A stretch of 64,000 bases of DNA from an uncultured Chloroflexia bacterium (GTDB lineage Bacteria; Chloroflexota; Anaerolineae; CG2-30-64-16): NCBI GenBank assembly GCA_963810095.1, contig CAWEMM010000011.1, forward strand, positions 192,001 through 256,000, written 5' to 3'. The translations under genes were made by a program, and so were the position numbers. This document shows positions 31,871 through 44,711 of the stretch, one piece after another. Each line of letters begins with the position of its first letter. Within the stretch, counting starts at the first letter, position 1. The notes under the pieces are model-generated. The model did not search any database and was not told where the DNA came from. It worked only from the letters and a program-made list of their open reading frames with translations.

Positions 31871-32380
31871 CTACGCCTCCAGTAGAATCTCGATTTGCCC
31901 GTTTGTGATCCTTGATTGGAATTGATCCAGGGACCGGGGGGGCGGCCCGCTGACGACCTTGCCGAGCACATCGAACACCCCATCGTGACAGGGGCAGAAA
32001 TACTCGCGCCGCTCGTTACGCCAGGTGACGCGGCAGCTCAAGTGCGTGCAGACATTTGAAAGCACCATCACGTTCTGTCCGTCGGTCGTCAACGCATAAG
32101 CCACGCCGCTCTGCGAAGACTCCACCCACCCGTCCTTCGAGCGGGTCGAATACGGGAACGCCCGCGGTTCGCCCGGTGTGAGGCTGCTCACGGGCCCGAG
32201 GGTAATCCATTGATCTTCGTTCTGCTTCTTGAGGCCCGGGGAAACGAGATAACCGATGGCCGGGATACCGACCATCACGGCCACGGCGGTGGCGACCACG
32301 CCGATAATGCCAGACAGGAACTTCCGACGACCGATATCGCCGCCGACCGACTCGGCGCTCACAGAGGTTTCTTCCGACAT
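31871..32380 (-). CDS. qcrA: Rieske 2Fe-2S subunit
   Basis: Tat-like GRRKFL, CTHLSC and CPCHDG motifs, GPPPRSL. Confidence 0.93.
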   Translation of the reverse strand: MSEETSVSAESVGGDIGRRKFLSGIIGVVATAVAVMVGIPAIGYLVSPGLKKQNEDQWITLGPVSSLTPGEPRAFPYSTRSKDGWVESSQSGVAYALTTDGQNVMVLSNVCTHLSCRVTWRNERREYFCPCHDGVFDVLGKVVSGPPPRSLDQFQSRITNGQIEILLEA

Positions 32381-32425
32381 CCAGATCGCCTCCTTGAGAC
32401 GAGGACTGTGCGACTATGCAGGCGG

Positions 32426-32455
32426 ATTATACTCGGTCATGACGCGGGCCGTCAA
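32426..32455 (-). promoter_or_regulatory. Sigma-70 promoter of the qcr-sdh operon
   Basis: TTGACG-18 bp-TATAAT. Confidence 0.6.
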
Positions 32456-32483
32456 ACAGGAAGGAGAATAGCACACTGATCTG

Positions 32484-32580
32484 GAATGGGACGCTGATGC
32501 AACTGATTGAACTGATCTGCACTGTCCTTTGGGTAAAGATCATAGTCATCAGTCCGATCCGTTCAATCAGTGTCCTATTC
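32484..32580. repeat. Long-hairpin repeat family A, copy 4
   Basis: GAATGGGACGCTGATGCAACTGATTGAACTGATC...ATCAGTCCGATCCGTTCAATCAGTGTCCTATTC. Confidence 0.85.
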
Positions 32581-34407
32581 GGGCGTCAGCACCAATGCAG
32601 TCCACGCGGGCACGGTGAAGTCCCGCCAATGGCCCTGGACATGGTGCCGGGTGCCCGCCAGTGGATTGCGCCACCAGCCATCAGTCGGGAAGCCGAGCCC
32701 CATTTTTTGCGCCACGTTGTCGAAATTGGCCGCAACGACGACCGTGTCTTGTGTGGCCGCGTCCCAGCGCTTGTAGCGCACAACCTTGTAGCGCTTGAAG
32801 TCGTCCCAATAATACTCGACCGCGTCCGAGCGGAGCGCGGAGTGCTGCCGGCGCAGCTTCAGAAGGCGCTGCAGGAAGTCGAACTGGCGGTGGCCCTGCG
32901 GGCTCTCGAGCTTGGCCCAGTCCAGCGGCCAGAAGTCGATGGTCCGCGGGCAATCGTCGCCGAACTCCTGGCCCGCCAAGAGCATAGGAATGCCGGGCGA
33001 GGTCAGCAATACGGCCAGCCCCAGCCGTGCTTTCAGCAGGGCCAGCTCCCACCGGGACCCCGCCTGCGGGGTGCTGCCGTTCTTCCGCCCGCCGAGCTGG
33101 ACGTGGTCGCGCCAATGCTGGATCTCGTATTCGGGACGCCGCTCGTCGTGGCTCACGATGTAATTCACGACTTCCGTCGCCGTGTCGAAGCCCTGCTTTC
33201 GAAAGCCCCCGAGCACCGCGGGCATATCCTGGAACTCCCACTGCCAGGTTTGAAACAGGCAGTTCTCCATGCCGTGATGGAAGGCCCCATTCCACACCGC
33301 GTCGATCTCGGTCTCGCGCACCAGCTTGGCCGCCGTCTTGGCGGGGTTGGTGCCGTGGATCGGCCAATACTCGCCGATAAGGTAGCAGTCTGGACTGGTC
33401 TCGCGGGCGGCACGCGCAATGGGCGCGATGCCGGAGAAGGGATCAAAGCCCTCTTTCTGCGGCTGGAACGGGTCGTACTCCACGCCGCCCAGCCAATCGA
33501 AGCGGAAGCCGTCGACGTGGTACTCCTGCAGCCAGAAGCGCACGATGTCCTGCATGTACGCCACGGTATACTGCGAGGAGTGCTCCCAGTCCAGACCGCC
33601 CCACGCATTCGCATGGCTGTTGTGATGGTGGTGGAAGAAGGGGTTCAGGTCCTCCAGCATTTCGCCGTTCGGCCCAAACAGTGGGGGATACATCCGGTAA
33701 TAGGGGTGGTCGGGCCAGGCGTGGTTGAAGACCATGTCGAGGACGACGGCGATCCCGCGCTCGTGCGCCGCGTCGACAAGCGCCTTGAGGTCCGCGGGCC
33801 GGCCATAGACCCACTTCGGGGCCATGTAGAAGACCGGGTTGTAACCCCAGGAGCTGTCGCCGGGGAACTCGGTCACCGGCATCAGCTCAATCGCGTTTAC
33901 ACCCAGCTGCACCAGGTGGTCGAGCTTGCCCGCCACGTCGGAGAAGCGCCCGTAGCGCGCTTGCGGACCCGCCTTTTCGCCCGCAAAGTCTCGGACGCAC
34001 AGCTCATACATCGCCAGGTCGCGCAACCGCGGCCTGCGCCAGGGCTCGCCTGAGCGGCCGCAGTCGCGCCAGGCGTAGGGCGGCTCGGCCGCGAAATAGG
34101 CTTTGGGCCCGGCCGCGTCCCACCGTATCTCGCGGGCATAGGGGTCTGCCAGCGTGACCTGCTTGCCGCCGCCATCCATCGTCACGACGAACCGGTAGTG
34201 GGTGGGCCCGGAAAGCCGGACGGTCAGCCAAAACAGGCCGCGGCCGTCGGTCTCCATCGGATGGCTCTTGGGATTCCAGCCGTTGAAGTCGCCGGCCAAT
34301 GCGACGGCAGGCTTGAAAGGTGCGGTCAGATAAAAGGTAACCTGGTCGGGACGAACGGGATCGACGTGCGGGCCGCCGCGCGGGCGGGCCGGCCCGACAG
34401 AAGGCAT
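32575..34407 (-). CDS. GH13 alpha-amylase family enzyme with CBM48 (branching enzyme / TreZ-like)
   Basis: GDFNGW, ADPYA, ELMPV..SWGYNP, DMVFNH, VDGFRFD, IGE, SHDE; start may be upstream (to 34479). Confidence 0.88.
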   Translation of the reverse strand: MPSVGPARPRGGPHVDPVRPDQVTFYLTAPFKPAVALAGDFNGWNPKSHPMETDGRGLFWLTVRLSGPTHYRFVVTMDGGGKQVTLADPYAREIRWDAAGPKAYFAAEPPYAWRDCGRSGEPWRRPRLRDLAMYELCVRDFAGEKAGPQARYGRFSDVAGKLDHLVQLGVNAIELMPVTEFPGDSSWGYNPVFYMAPKWVYGRPADLKALVDAAHERGIAVVLDMVFNHAWPDHPYYRMYPPLFGPNGEMLEDLNPFFHHHHNSHANAWGGLDWEHSSQYTVAYMQDIVRFWLQEYHVDGFRFDWLGGVEYDPFQPQKEGFDPFSGIAPIARAARETSPDCYLIGEYWPIHGTNPAKTAAKLVRETEIDAVWNGAFHHGMENCLFQTWQWEFQDMPAVLGGFRKQGFDTATEVVNYIVSHDERRPEYEIQHWRDHVQLGGRKNGSTPQAGSRWELALLKARLGLAVLLTSPGIPMLLAGQEFGDDCPRTIDFWPLDWAKLESPQGHRQFDFLQRLLKLRRQHSALRSDAVEYYWDDFKRYKVVRYKRWDAATQDTVVVAANFDNVAQKMGLGFPTDGWWRNPLAGTRHHVQGHWRDFTVPAWTALVLTPE

Positions 34408-34736
34408 GTTGGGCGCACCTGGGTTGTGCTGAGGTGAAATGTGCGGCGACGCTGCCGCGGTCGGCTGCAATTGACTCAACGAATGGGCCTCGACCGTCCA
34501 ATAAACTGCCTTTCGGCAGCCGTGAAAGCGTTTCCAGCCATTATAGTCCCAGATCGACAGGGCTCAAAGATTTGCCGCGCTGCGTTATCTCCCCACGAAC
34601 GCCCGCGTTCGAGCGTGGCGCAACATGCGCGCCGGGCAGCGAACGACCGCCAACGCGCTGCACGGTTCCGGTGAACCGTGGTACAATGCGCCGGGCCGCG
34701 CAGTTCGTGCACCCAGCTTCAATCCAATGTGAGATC

Positions 34737-35873
34737 ATGCGTCGATTCTGGCCCTTCAGTTTTTACTTCCTCTTTTTTGCCGCACTTGCCGGCTTTGCGC
34801 CCTACGTCGTGCTGTACTGGCAGTCACTCCAGTTCACCGGGCCCGAGATCGGCATCCTGACCTTCATTCCCCCGGTGGTCACGCTTTTCGCCGCGCCGCT
34901 GTGGACCGGTCTTGGCGACGCCCGACACGCGCACCGGTTGTTGATGGCGGTGGCGATTGCCGGGGCAGCGTTCATGGTGGCCCTTCTGCCGTTCATCAAG
35001 ACGTTTCCCGTCGCGCTGCTGGCCGGAACCGTGGGCGCGTTCTTCATGGCGCCTATCGTCGCCATGTCTGACACGGCCACGATGCATATCCTCGTCCAAG
35101 AGGGCCGGCCGCAGATGTACGGGCGTCTCCGTATCGGCGGCAGCTTCGGTTGGGCCATTGCCGCGCCGCTGATCGGCGCGCTGGTCGCCCTGCGCGGCAT
35201 CCCGTGGGCCTTCTGGACTTACGCGGCGGTGATGCTGGTGGCGCTGCTCGTAGCACTGCAACTGCGCTTTCCGGCCCACATCCAGCGGGTCTCCGTATGG
35301 AGCGGGATGCGCAACCTGGTCAGGCAGCGGGAGTGGTTCTTCTTCCTGATGATCGGCCTGGTGACGGGCATGGGGTTTGCGGCGGTGAACAGCTACCTGT
35401 TCGCATACCTGAAGGAACTACAGATCGGGACGGCGCTTGCAGGGATCGCGCTGACGGTCAGCACCATCTCCGAAATCCCCATCATGTTTTACGCCAACCG
35501 CATCCTGGAACGCCTCGGCTCGCGACGGATGCTGCTGCTGTCGGTTGCGATGACGGGCGTGCGGCTACTGCTCTATGCCGTCTTCACCTCGCCCGCCGGG
35601 ATCCTGGTGTTCCAGGTGCTGAACGGCTTCACCTTCCCCATGTATTGGATTGCCGGGGTCGCGTACGCCAACGAGCGCGCGCCCAAGGGCATGCAGGCCA
35701 GCGCGCAGGGCCTCTTTGGCGCCGCGACGACCGGCATCGGTGCGGCGCTGGGCGGGCTGCTCGCCGGCATCCTGCTTGCCAGCGTCGGCGGTCAGGTCAT
35801 GTACGCCGTCTTCGGCCTCATCGTCCTCGGCGGCCTTCTCATCCTGACGACGCTGGATCGCAGACATAAATAG
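34737..35873 (+). CDS. MFS transporter (MFS_1-like)
   Basis: About 12 TM helices, YGRLRIGGSFGW, ASAQGL; extended -10 TGgTACAAT upstream. Confidence 0.88.
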   Translation: MRRFWPFSFYFLFFAALAGFAPYVVLYWQSLQFTGPEIGILTFIPPVVTLFAAPLWTGLGDARHAHRLLMAVAIAGAAFMVALLPFIKTFPVALLAGTVGAFFMAPIVAMSDTATMHILVQEGRPQMYGRLRIGGSFGWAIAAPLIGALVALRGIPWAFWTYAAVMLVALLVALQLRFPAHIQRVSVWSGMRNLVRQREWFFFLMIGLVTGMGFAAVNSYLFAYLKELQIGTALAGIALTVSTISEIPIMFYANRILERLGSRRMLLLSVAMTGVRLLLYAVFTSPAGILVFQVLNGFTFPMYWIAGVAYANERAPKGMQASAQGLFGAATTGIGAALGGLLAGILLASVGGQVMYAVFGLIVLGGLLILTTLDRRHK

Positions 35874-35970
35874 GACGCAGATCGAACTGATCGAACTGAT
35901 GACCCTGATCACGAAAGAGATCAGGAGAATCAGACTGATCAGCGTGATCGGTTCAATCTGCGTCCCATTC
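35868..35970. repeat. Long-hairpin repeat family A, copy 5
   Basis: AAATAGGACGCAGATCGAACTGATCGAACTGAT...ATCGGTTCAATCTGCGTCCCATTC between convergent genes. Confidence 0.85.
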
Positions 35971-35974
35971 GGCC

Positions 35975-37219
35975 CTACAGCCGAGCGATCACCTCGGTCG
36001 CGAACTCCGACGTCTTCACCTCGCGCGCGCCGTCCATCTGGCGGGCGAAGTCATAGGTGACGATCTTGTCGGCCACGGTCTTGGTGTACGCCTCGATTAC
36101 CGCTTCGGCCGCCTCTTCCCAGCCGATGTAGTCCAGCATCATCACGCCCGACAGCAGCAGGCTGCCCGGATTCATCTTGTCCAGGTTCGTGTACTTGGGC
36201 GCGGTGCCGTGCGTGGCCTCGAACATGGCCATCGAGTCGCCGATGTTGGCGCCCGGCGCGATGCCCACCCCACCGACCTCGGCTGCGACCGCGTCGCTCA
36301 AGTAATCGCCGTTCAGGTTCGGGGTCGCCACGACGTCGTACTCGGCGGGGCGCAGGAGCATCTGCTGGAACATGATGTCGGCGATCCGGTCCTTGACGAG
36401 GATCTTGTCGCTCGGCTGCTTCCCGTCGTACTCGTCCCACAACTGCTGCTCCGTGATCGTCACGTCGCCAAACTCGTCCCGCGCCAGCTCGTAACCCCAC
36501 TGCATGAACGCGCCCTCGGTAAACTTCTGGATGTTCCCCTTGTGGACGAGGGTCACGCTGCGCTTGTGCTTCTGGATCGCGTACTCGAAGGCCTTGCGGA
36601 CCAGGCGCTTGGACGCAAACGCACTGATCGGCTTGATGCCGATTCCCGAATCCGGCCAGAACTTTGCGCCCATCTCGTCCTTCAGGAAGCGCTCGACCTT
36701 CTGCGCCTCGGGCGAGCCGGCCTTGTACTCGACCCCCGCGTAGACGTCCTCCGTGTTCTCCCGGAACACGACAATATCCACGAGCTCCGGGTGGCGCAGC
36801 GGGCTGGGCACGCCGGGGAACCACCGCACCGGCCGCACACACGCGTACAGGTCGAGTTCCTGGCGCAGGGCAACGTTGAGGCTGCGGAAACCGCCGCCGA
36901 CCGGCGTGGTCAGCGGGCCCTTGATGCCCACCTGGAACTCGCGGATCGCCTCCAGGCTCTCGGCCGGAAAGTAATCCCCCCCGAAGATCCCCGCGGCCTT
37001 CTCGCCCGCATAGATCTCCATCCACGAAATGCGCCGCTGCCCGCCATACACCTTCTGGACCGCCGCGTTCCAGATGCGGAGCGAAGCGCGCATAATGTCG
37101 GGGCCGATCCCGTCGCCCTCGATCCACAACAGGATAGGGTTATCCGGCACATGCAGCTTGCCTTCACGCACGGAGATGCGCTCGCCGTCGGGGGGAACTA
37201 CGATCTTCGAAAACGCCAT
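35975..37219 (-). CDS. icd: NADP-dependent isocitrate dehydrogenase
   Basis: [50 protein letters not shown]. Confidence 0.97.
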   Translation of the reverse strand: MAFSKIVVPPDGERISVREGKLHVPDNPILLWIEGDGIGPDIMRASLRIWNAAVQKVYGGQRRISWMEIYAGEKAAGIFGGDYFPAESLEAIREFQVGIKGPLTTPVGGGFRSLNVALRQELDLYACVRPVRWFPGVPSPLRHPELVDIVVFRENTEDVYAGVEYKAGSPEAQKVERFLKDEMGAKFWPDSGIGIKPISAFASKRLVRKAFEYAIQKHKRSVTLVHKGNIQKFTEGAFMQWGYELARDEFGDVTITEQQLWDEYDGKQPSDKILVKDRIADIMFQQMLLRPAEYDVVATPNLNGDYLSDAVAAEVGGVGIAPGANIGDSMAMFEATHGTAPKYTNLDKMNPGSLLLSGVMMLDYIGWEEAAEAVIEAYTKTVADKIVTYDFARQMDGAREVKTSEFATEVIARL

Positions 37220-37240
37220 TATGTCACCTCGCCCTGAAAG

Positions 37241-37269
37241 GACCTTCGGGGGTTTCGCCCCCGAAGGTC
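37241..37269. repeat. Intercistronic hairpin between acnA and icd
   Basis: GACCTTCGGGGG-TTTCG-CCCCCGAAGGTC. Confidence 0.6.
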
Positions 37270-37274
37270 TGCAT

Positions 37275-39959
<2,685 letters not shown>

Positions 39960-40127
39960 GCTCACACTCCTTTGGTCAAGGCGATCCATCCGGATCACCC
40001 CCACTCAACGCGAAACACGCGAGCCGTCGCATACCAGGGAGGTGCGGGTGCTCGCGTGCCGCGACCGGGGGACAAACAGACTCTCCAGACCCCACAAGCA
40101 GGCACTTGTGCGGTCAAGTCGAGGGCG

Positions 40128-40157
40128 ATTATACCGCGCTGAAAGAACGGGTGTCAA
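40128..40157 (-). promoter_or_regulatory. Sigma-70 promoter for acnA-icd
   Basis: TTGACA-18 bp-TATAAT, both hexamers consensus. Confidence 0.7.
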
Positions 40158-40324
40158 CCCAAATGCGTGCAAATCCGGCAATGCTGCGAGTCCGGCGATG
40201 GTGCAAATCCGGGAATAGGGAATGTGTCTTGCGGCTTACTGTACCCTCGGGCATTAGGTGGTCATGTGAGCTTGGCGACAGTTGCCCTGTTCCCCCCATC
40301 AACCCAACGCCCGAGGTGCAGAAG

Positions 40325-40822
40325 ATGTCCGTCCTCACCGACTACACGACCGAAGAACAGCGCTTGCTGATGCAGGGCCCCCGGCTCGGCGCCATTGTGA
40401 TATCGGCGGCCAGCCCGGGCCGCTCGGCCGAGACCGCGGCCAAGGGTTATGCCGCGATCAGTTACGCGGCGACCGAGCGCCGCGAATTCCTCGGCAACAC
40501 CCTCATCAATTCGATCCTTTACGAGCTGAACGAGCTGACCAAGGCCGACTGGAAGTTCGCCGACTACAACAAGCTGGCGACCGAGGCCGGGGCTGAGGAC
40601 CGTTCGCTCGCGCAGTTGGGCCAGATCGCCGACCTGCTGGACGCCAAGTCGGACCCGGCCGAGGCGGCAGGGTACAAGCAGTGGGTGATGAACGCGGCCG
40701 TGGCGGCGAGTGAGGCCGGCAAAGAGGGCGGCAACTTCCTGGGCTGGGGCGCAGTCCAGGTGAACGACGCGGAACGGGCCGCGCTCGGGCAGATCGCCGC
40801 GGTGCTGCGGTTGCCCGCCTGA
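40325..40822 (+). CDS. Conserved hypothetical protein (TerB-like helical fold suspected)
   Basis: GAGG RBS, coding-like codon usage, EAGKEGGNFLGWG..VNDAERAAL C-terminal motif. Confidence 0.7.
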   Translation: MSVLTDYTTEEQRLLMQGPRLGAIVISAASPGRSAETAAKGYAAISYAATERREFLGNTLINSILYELNELTKADWKFADYNKLATEAGAEDRSLAQLGQIADLLDAKSDPAEAAGYKQWVMNAAVAASEAGKEGGNFLGWGAVQVNDAERAALGQIAAVLRLPA

Positions 40823-40838
40823 CGGTCAGCGGCAGCGG

Positions 40839-40876
40839 CGCCGGCTGGGTGTTGGCGTGCCAACACCCAGCCGGCG
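40839..40876. terminator. Long perfect hairpin between convergent genes
   Basis: CGCCGGCTGGGTGTTGGC-GT-GCCAACACCCAGCCGGCG; no U-tract. Confidence 0.5.
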
Positions 40877-40882
40877 TTGGCT

Positions 40883-41323
40883 TCAGAACAACTCTTCGGC
40901 CAGCGCGACGATGATGCCCGCCGGGCCGCGCATGTAGCAGAGCCGGTACAGGTCCTCGTACTGGGCCACCTCGCCCATCAGTTCGCCGCCGTGCTCGCGC
41001 AGCCGCGCCACCGCCTCGTCCACGCTGTCCACGGCAAACATGACACTCCGCAGGCCGAGCGCGTTCGGCGGCGCGATGGCCGGTTCCAGCGCGACCAGCT
41101 TGGGATGGCGGAATCTCGTCACTTCCAGCTTCCCGTGTCCGTCCGGGGTGCGCAGCATCACGATGTCGACCTGCACGTCCGCGATCCCGTTCACGCGGTC
41201 CACCCACGGGCCCTCGACCGGCATTTGGTCTTCGACCGTCATGCCGAGCGCGGTGAAGAAAGCCACCGCGGCCGCCAGGTCGTCGACGACGACACTGATG
41301 TGATCCAGTCTTTTGATTTTCAT
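40883..41323 (-). CDS. VOC/glyoxalase family protein
   Basis: LDHISVVVDDL..FF..LG, RLCYMRGPAGIIVALAE. Confidence 0.9.
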   Translation of the reverse strand: MKIKRLDHISVVVDDLAAAVAFFTALGMTVEDQMPVEGPWVDRVNGIADVQVDIVMLRTPDGHGKLEVTRFRHPKLVALEPAIAPPNALGLRSVMFAVDSVDEAVARLREHGGELMGEVAQYEDLYRLCYMRGPAGIIVALAEELF

Positions 41324-41432
41324 GCTGCCAGTATAGCACAAGCGACGCGCAATAACGCAGACTAGCCCTTCTCGCCCTTAGCACCGTCTCGCGCCAAGCG
41401 TGCGGTGCAAGATCTCGCGCAACGGGAGGCGC

Positions 41433-41557
41433 TTTGGAACGCTAAGACGCGAAGGTGGACGAAGATCGGGAAGCGCGAGGTGCGCGAAGAACGCACGACC
41501 GGGCGGGAGCCTTCGTGCTTCGCGTCTTCAGCGCGCTTCGCGGCTTCGTGTTCCAAA
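41433..41557. repeat. Long-hairpin repeat family B
   Basis: TTTGGAACGCTAAGACGCGAAG...CTTCGCGGCTTCGTGTTCCAAA; half copy at 61823-61883. Confidence 0.7.
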
Positions 41558-41621
41558 CCGTCTCGCGCAGAACCGGTCTTGACAACTGCGCCTGATCATC
41601 GCAGAAGTCCTCGGCCGCCCC

Positions 41622-42191
41622 CTACACGCCCTTCTCCACCACCACCCACACCGCCAGCGGATCGTCCGCGTGCACCGTCACCCGCGCGCCGCGGCCCTCA
41701 AACAGCCGGCGCAGCCCTGCGGGCCGGTAGAAGTGGCTGCCCATCAGCAGCAGCTTCTCGCCCAGTGCCACCAGCTTAACGGGCAGGCGCTCGTAGTTCA
41801 TCTCCTCGACCACCAGCCGGCCGCCCGCCGCCACCACCCGCAGCAGCTCGCCCGCGGCCTGCTCGTGCTGACCGAAGTGGTGGAACGCATCGACCACCAA
41901 CACCCGGTCGAAGCAGCCGTCGGGGAATGGCAGCCGCTCGGCATGGGCGCACGCGGGAGCGAGGCCCGGCTTGGCCCTGGCCCCGTCGAGCATGCCACGC
42001 GACGCGTCCGCGACGACGACCTTGCCCACGTCGCCCGCCAGCAGCTCGGCAATCCGCCCCGTGCCGCCCCCCACGTCGAGCAGGCGGCCGGCGGGCAGCG
42101 CCAGCAGCTGGCGCAGCCGCGCGGGGTCGGGCCGCGCAAAGATGCGGTCGTAATAGGGCGCGATCAGGCCGAAGTGATCGAGATGGGGCAT
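41622..42191 (-). CDS. Class I SAM methyltransferase (UbiE/MenG-like)
   Basis: LLDVGGGTG, AERLPFPDGCFD, GGRLVV. Confidence 0.88.
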   Translation of the reverse strand: MPHLDHFGLIAPYYDRIFARPDPARLRQLLALPAGRLLDVGGGTGRIAELLAGDVGKVVVADASRGMLDGARAKPGLAPACAHAERLPFPDGCFDRVLVVDAFHHFGQHEQAAGELLRVVAAGGRLVVEEMNYERLPVKLVALGEKLLLMGSHFYRPAGLRRLFEGRGARVTVHADDPLAVWVVVEKGV

Positions 42192-42287
42192 GGTGGTTTT
42201 CCTCTCAATGTCTGGCAGGGGCCTGCCCCCGCCGCCCCTGTTTCCTCTTAACCCTTTTGGCGGGGGCGAGCCGCCCCCGCCACCCCG

Positions 42288-42601
42288 GCTTCAGGGGCTT
42301 CGCCCCCGAAACCCCCAAAGGCTACGCTCCTGGCCCATTTAGCGGCAAGCGTCGACCACGCCTCCATGACGCCGGTGGACCGATCAAACTGCGCGCCCCA
42401 CAATGCTGCTGCCGCGGAGACGTTTCGCTGTCACCCCGACAAGGTCTGCACACAACGCTTGACTCACCCCACGAATGACCCTTCCCCCACGTACCATTGG
42501 GGGTTTCGGGGGCGAAGCCCCTGAAGCGGGGGCGCCGGGGGCCAGAGGTCCCCGGCAAAGTGAACACCTAGCCACGCCGGGGGCCAGAGGTCCCCGGCAA
42601 A
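42288..42601. repeat. REP/MITE-like cluster: 31-bp perfect inverted repeats around 178 bp, then two 27-bp direct repeats
   Basis: 42288-42318 is the exact reverse complement of 42497-42527; CGCCGGGGGCCAGAGGTCCCCGGCAAA at 42533 and 42575. Confidence 0.8.
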
Positions 42602-42617
42602 AGAAAGCACCCTCATC

Positions 42618-43931
42618 TCAAGCGCTTGACTCCGCCGCCGGCCCGCTGCCATCCAGCGGCCCAAGCAGCACCTTGTCGACCCGCCGGCCGTCCATGTCCA
42701 TCACCTCGAAGCGGAAGCCGCTCCACTCGAACGCGTCCGCCGGCGCCGGGATGTGCCCCAGCTGCGCCATGATGAACCCGCCGAGCGTCTCGAACGTGTT
42801 TTCCGCCTCGCCCGGCAGCTGCGCCAGGTCGAACAACTCGCGGAAGTCGGCGACGGGCAGCCCGCCGTCGAGCAGCCACGTCCCATCCTCGCGGCGCACC
42901 GCCCGCGCCGAGTCGGCCTCGGTCGTCCCGATGACGTCGCCCACCACGGCCTCGAGCAGGTCGTGCACCGTCACCAGGCCCTGCGTGCCCCCGTACTCGT
43001 CGACCACCACCGCGACGTGCTGGCCGCTCGTGTAGAAAGAGTCGAGCAATTCGACCGCGGCCAGGGTCTCGGGCACGAACAGCGGCGGCCGCATGAGCGC
43101 GCCCAGGTCGGGCTCGGCGCCGGCGAGCGCGGCCGCCAGCAGCTGCTGCGCCTCCACGATGCCCAACACGTTGTCCAGGCGGCCGTCGCAGACAAGATAG
43201 CGGGAATGCCCGAAACGGGCGATGGTGTCGCGGGTCTCGGCCATGCCGCCCGCAATGTCGAGCCAGGCGATTTCCATGCGCGGGGTCATCAGCACGCCCA
43301 CCCGCCGCTCGGCCAGCCGGAACACGCTCTGCGCCACTTCGCTCTCGGTGGCCGAGAGCACGCCGGCCTGCGCGCCCTGTTCGAGCATCACTTCGATCTC
43401 AGCCTGGGTGACCGCGGGCTCGCCATCGGCTTGCACCCGCAAGAGGCGAAAGATCAGGTTGCTCGTCGCGGTCAGGAGCCACACCAGGGGGCGCACGATC
43501 GTCGTCAGCACCCGCATGGGCCGGACCGCACGCATGGCGATGTTCTCCGGCGCGTTGAGGCCGAGCCGCTTGGGCACCAGCTCGCCGATCACCAGCGAAA
43601 AGAAGGTGATGGTTGCGACGACGATGGCGACCGCGAGCGCGTTGGCATAGGGCGCCAGCGCGGGAATGGTCGCCAGTCGGGCCGCCAGCGGGTTGCTGAG
43701 CGTCGCGCCGCCGAACGCGCCGGCGAGGATCCCGATGAGCGTAATGCCGATCTGCACCGTCGAGAGGAACTCGTCGGGCGCCTCCGCCATCTTGAGCGCG
43801 GCCGCGGCGCGTGGGTCGCCCGCATCCGCCCGCTGTTGCAGTCGGGCCTTGCGCGCCGAAACCACGGCGATCTCGGCCATCGAGAAGGCACCGTTTGCCA
43901 GTAATAGAACGAAAATAATCAGGACTTGCAC
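42618..43931 (-). CDS. Hemolysin-family CNNM/CBS/CorC protein (Mg/Co efflux-like)
   Basis: FSMAEIAVVS, FLSTVQIGIT, GELVPK, MTPR, VVDEYGG, DMDGRRVDKV. Confidence 0.92.
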   Translation of the reverse strand: MQVLIIFVLLLANGAFSMAEIAVVSARKARLQQRADAGDPRAAAALKMAEAPDEFLSTVQIGITLIGILAGAFGGATLSNPLAARLATIPALAPYANALAVAIVVATITFFSLVIGELVPKRLGLNAPENIAMRAVRPMRVLTTIVRPLVWLLTATSNLIFRLLRVQADGEPAVTQAEIEVMLEQGAQAGVLSATESEVAQSVFRLAERRVGVLMTPRMEIAWLDIAGGMAETRDTIARFGHSRYLVCDGRLDNVLGIVEAQQLLAAALAGAEPDLGALMRPPLFVPETLAAVELLDSFYTSGQHVAVVVDEYGGTQGLVTVHDLLEAVVGDVIGTTEADSARAVRREDGTWLLDGGLPVADFRELFDLAQLPGEAENTFETLGGFIMAQLGHIPAPADAFEWSGFRFEVMDMDGRRVDKVLLGPLDGSGPAAESSA

Positions 43932-44154
43932 CCGTCACCCTGCGCGAGTCGATGCGCCGCCACTCAAGCGGCCGCGGCCAACTGGACCAGTGTAGCCCAC
44001 GGCGATGGCCGTGACTGTGGCACGCCTGACCAATCGCCACGCACGGCCCGGATCACGGCCGGGCCGCCGCCCCCGCATCAAAAAACCAGGTTGCTCGCAC
44101 GCCGGGCGAAGCTGGCGCAGAGTCCTGGTTTTGACGATGTGCTCCAAATCGAAA

Positions 44155-44185
44155 GGAACCAGGTCTCCCGAGGAAACCTGGTTCC
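44155..44185. repeat. REP-like palindrome (family C-related)
   Basis: GGAACCAGGTCTC-N5-GAAACCTGGTTCC. Confidence 0.5.
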
Positions 44186-44222
44186 CGCCCACGATCCAGT
44201 CAATCCGTTACGAAGGCAACGG

Positions 44223-44711
44223 TCAGCTCCGCTCGCCCAGCCAGCGGTCGACCATGAAGAGGCTCGCGCCCTGCGTCCCAACGCTCTTCAGCGCGTCGAC
44301 GATCATGGTGGCGTTCTTTTCCTCTTCCACCTGCTCAGAGACGAACCACTGGAGCTCGATCTGGCTGGCGTAGTCGTTTTCCTTGAGCGCGATCTCGTAG
44401 AGCCGGTTGATGAGCCCGGTCACCTTGCCCTCGTGCTCCTTGACCTGCTCAAACACGTCGAGCAGCGAAGTGTACTCGCCCGCGGGCTGGGGGATAGCCT
44501 GGAGGGTGACCTTGGCGCCGCGGTCGTGGATGTAGCCGTACAGCTTCATCGCGTGCCCCGCCTCTTCGTGGGCCTGCTTGCCCAGCCACTTGGCCGCGCC
44601 GGGCATATTGTTCGATTCGGCCCAGGCCGACATCGCCAGGTAAAAGTAAGCCGAATAGAATTCGTGCTTGATCTGATCGTTCAGTGCCGTCAGCAGGTTA
44701 TTGCTCAGCAT
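44223..44711 (-). CDS. ftnA: Non-heme ferritin
   Basis: LNDQIKHE..Y.YLAM, QAHEEAGHA, LQWFVSEQVEEE. Confidence 0.93.
   Translation of the reverse strand: MLSNNLLTALNDQIKHEFYSAYFYLAMSAWAESNNMPGAAKWLGKQAHEEAGHAMKLYGYIHDRGAKVTLQAIPQPAGEYTSLLDVFEQVKEHEGKVTGLINRLYEIALKENDYASQIELQWFVSEQVEEEKNATMIVDALKSVGTQGASLFMVDRWLGERS

Noticed and set aside
42533-42601. Two 27-bp direct repeats as a mini-CRISPR
   Set aside because: Only two repeats, a 15-bp spacer, no leader or cas genes; better explained as REP-like hairpins
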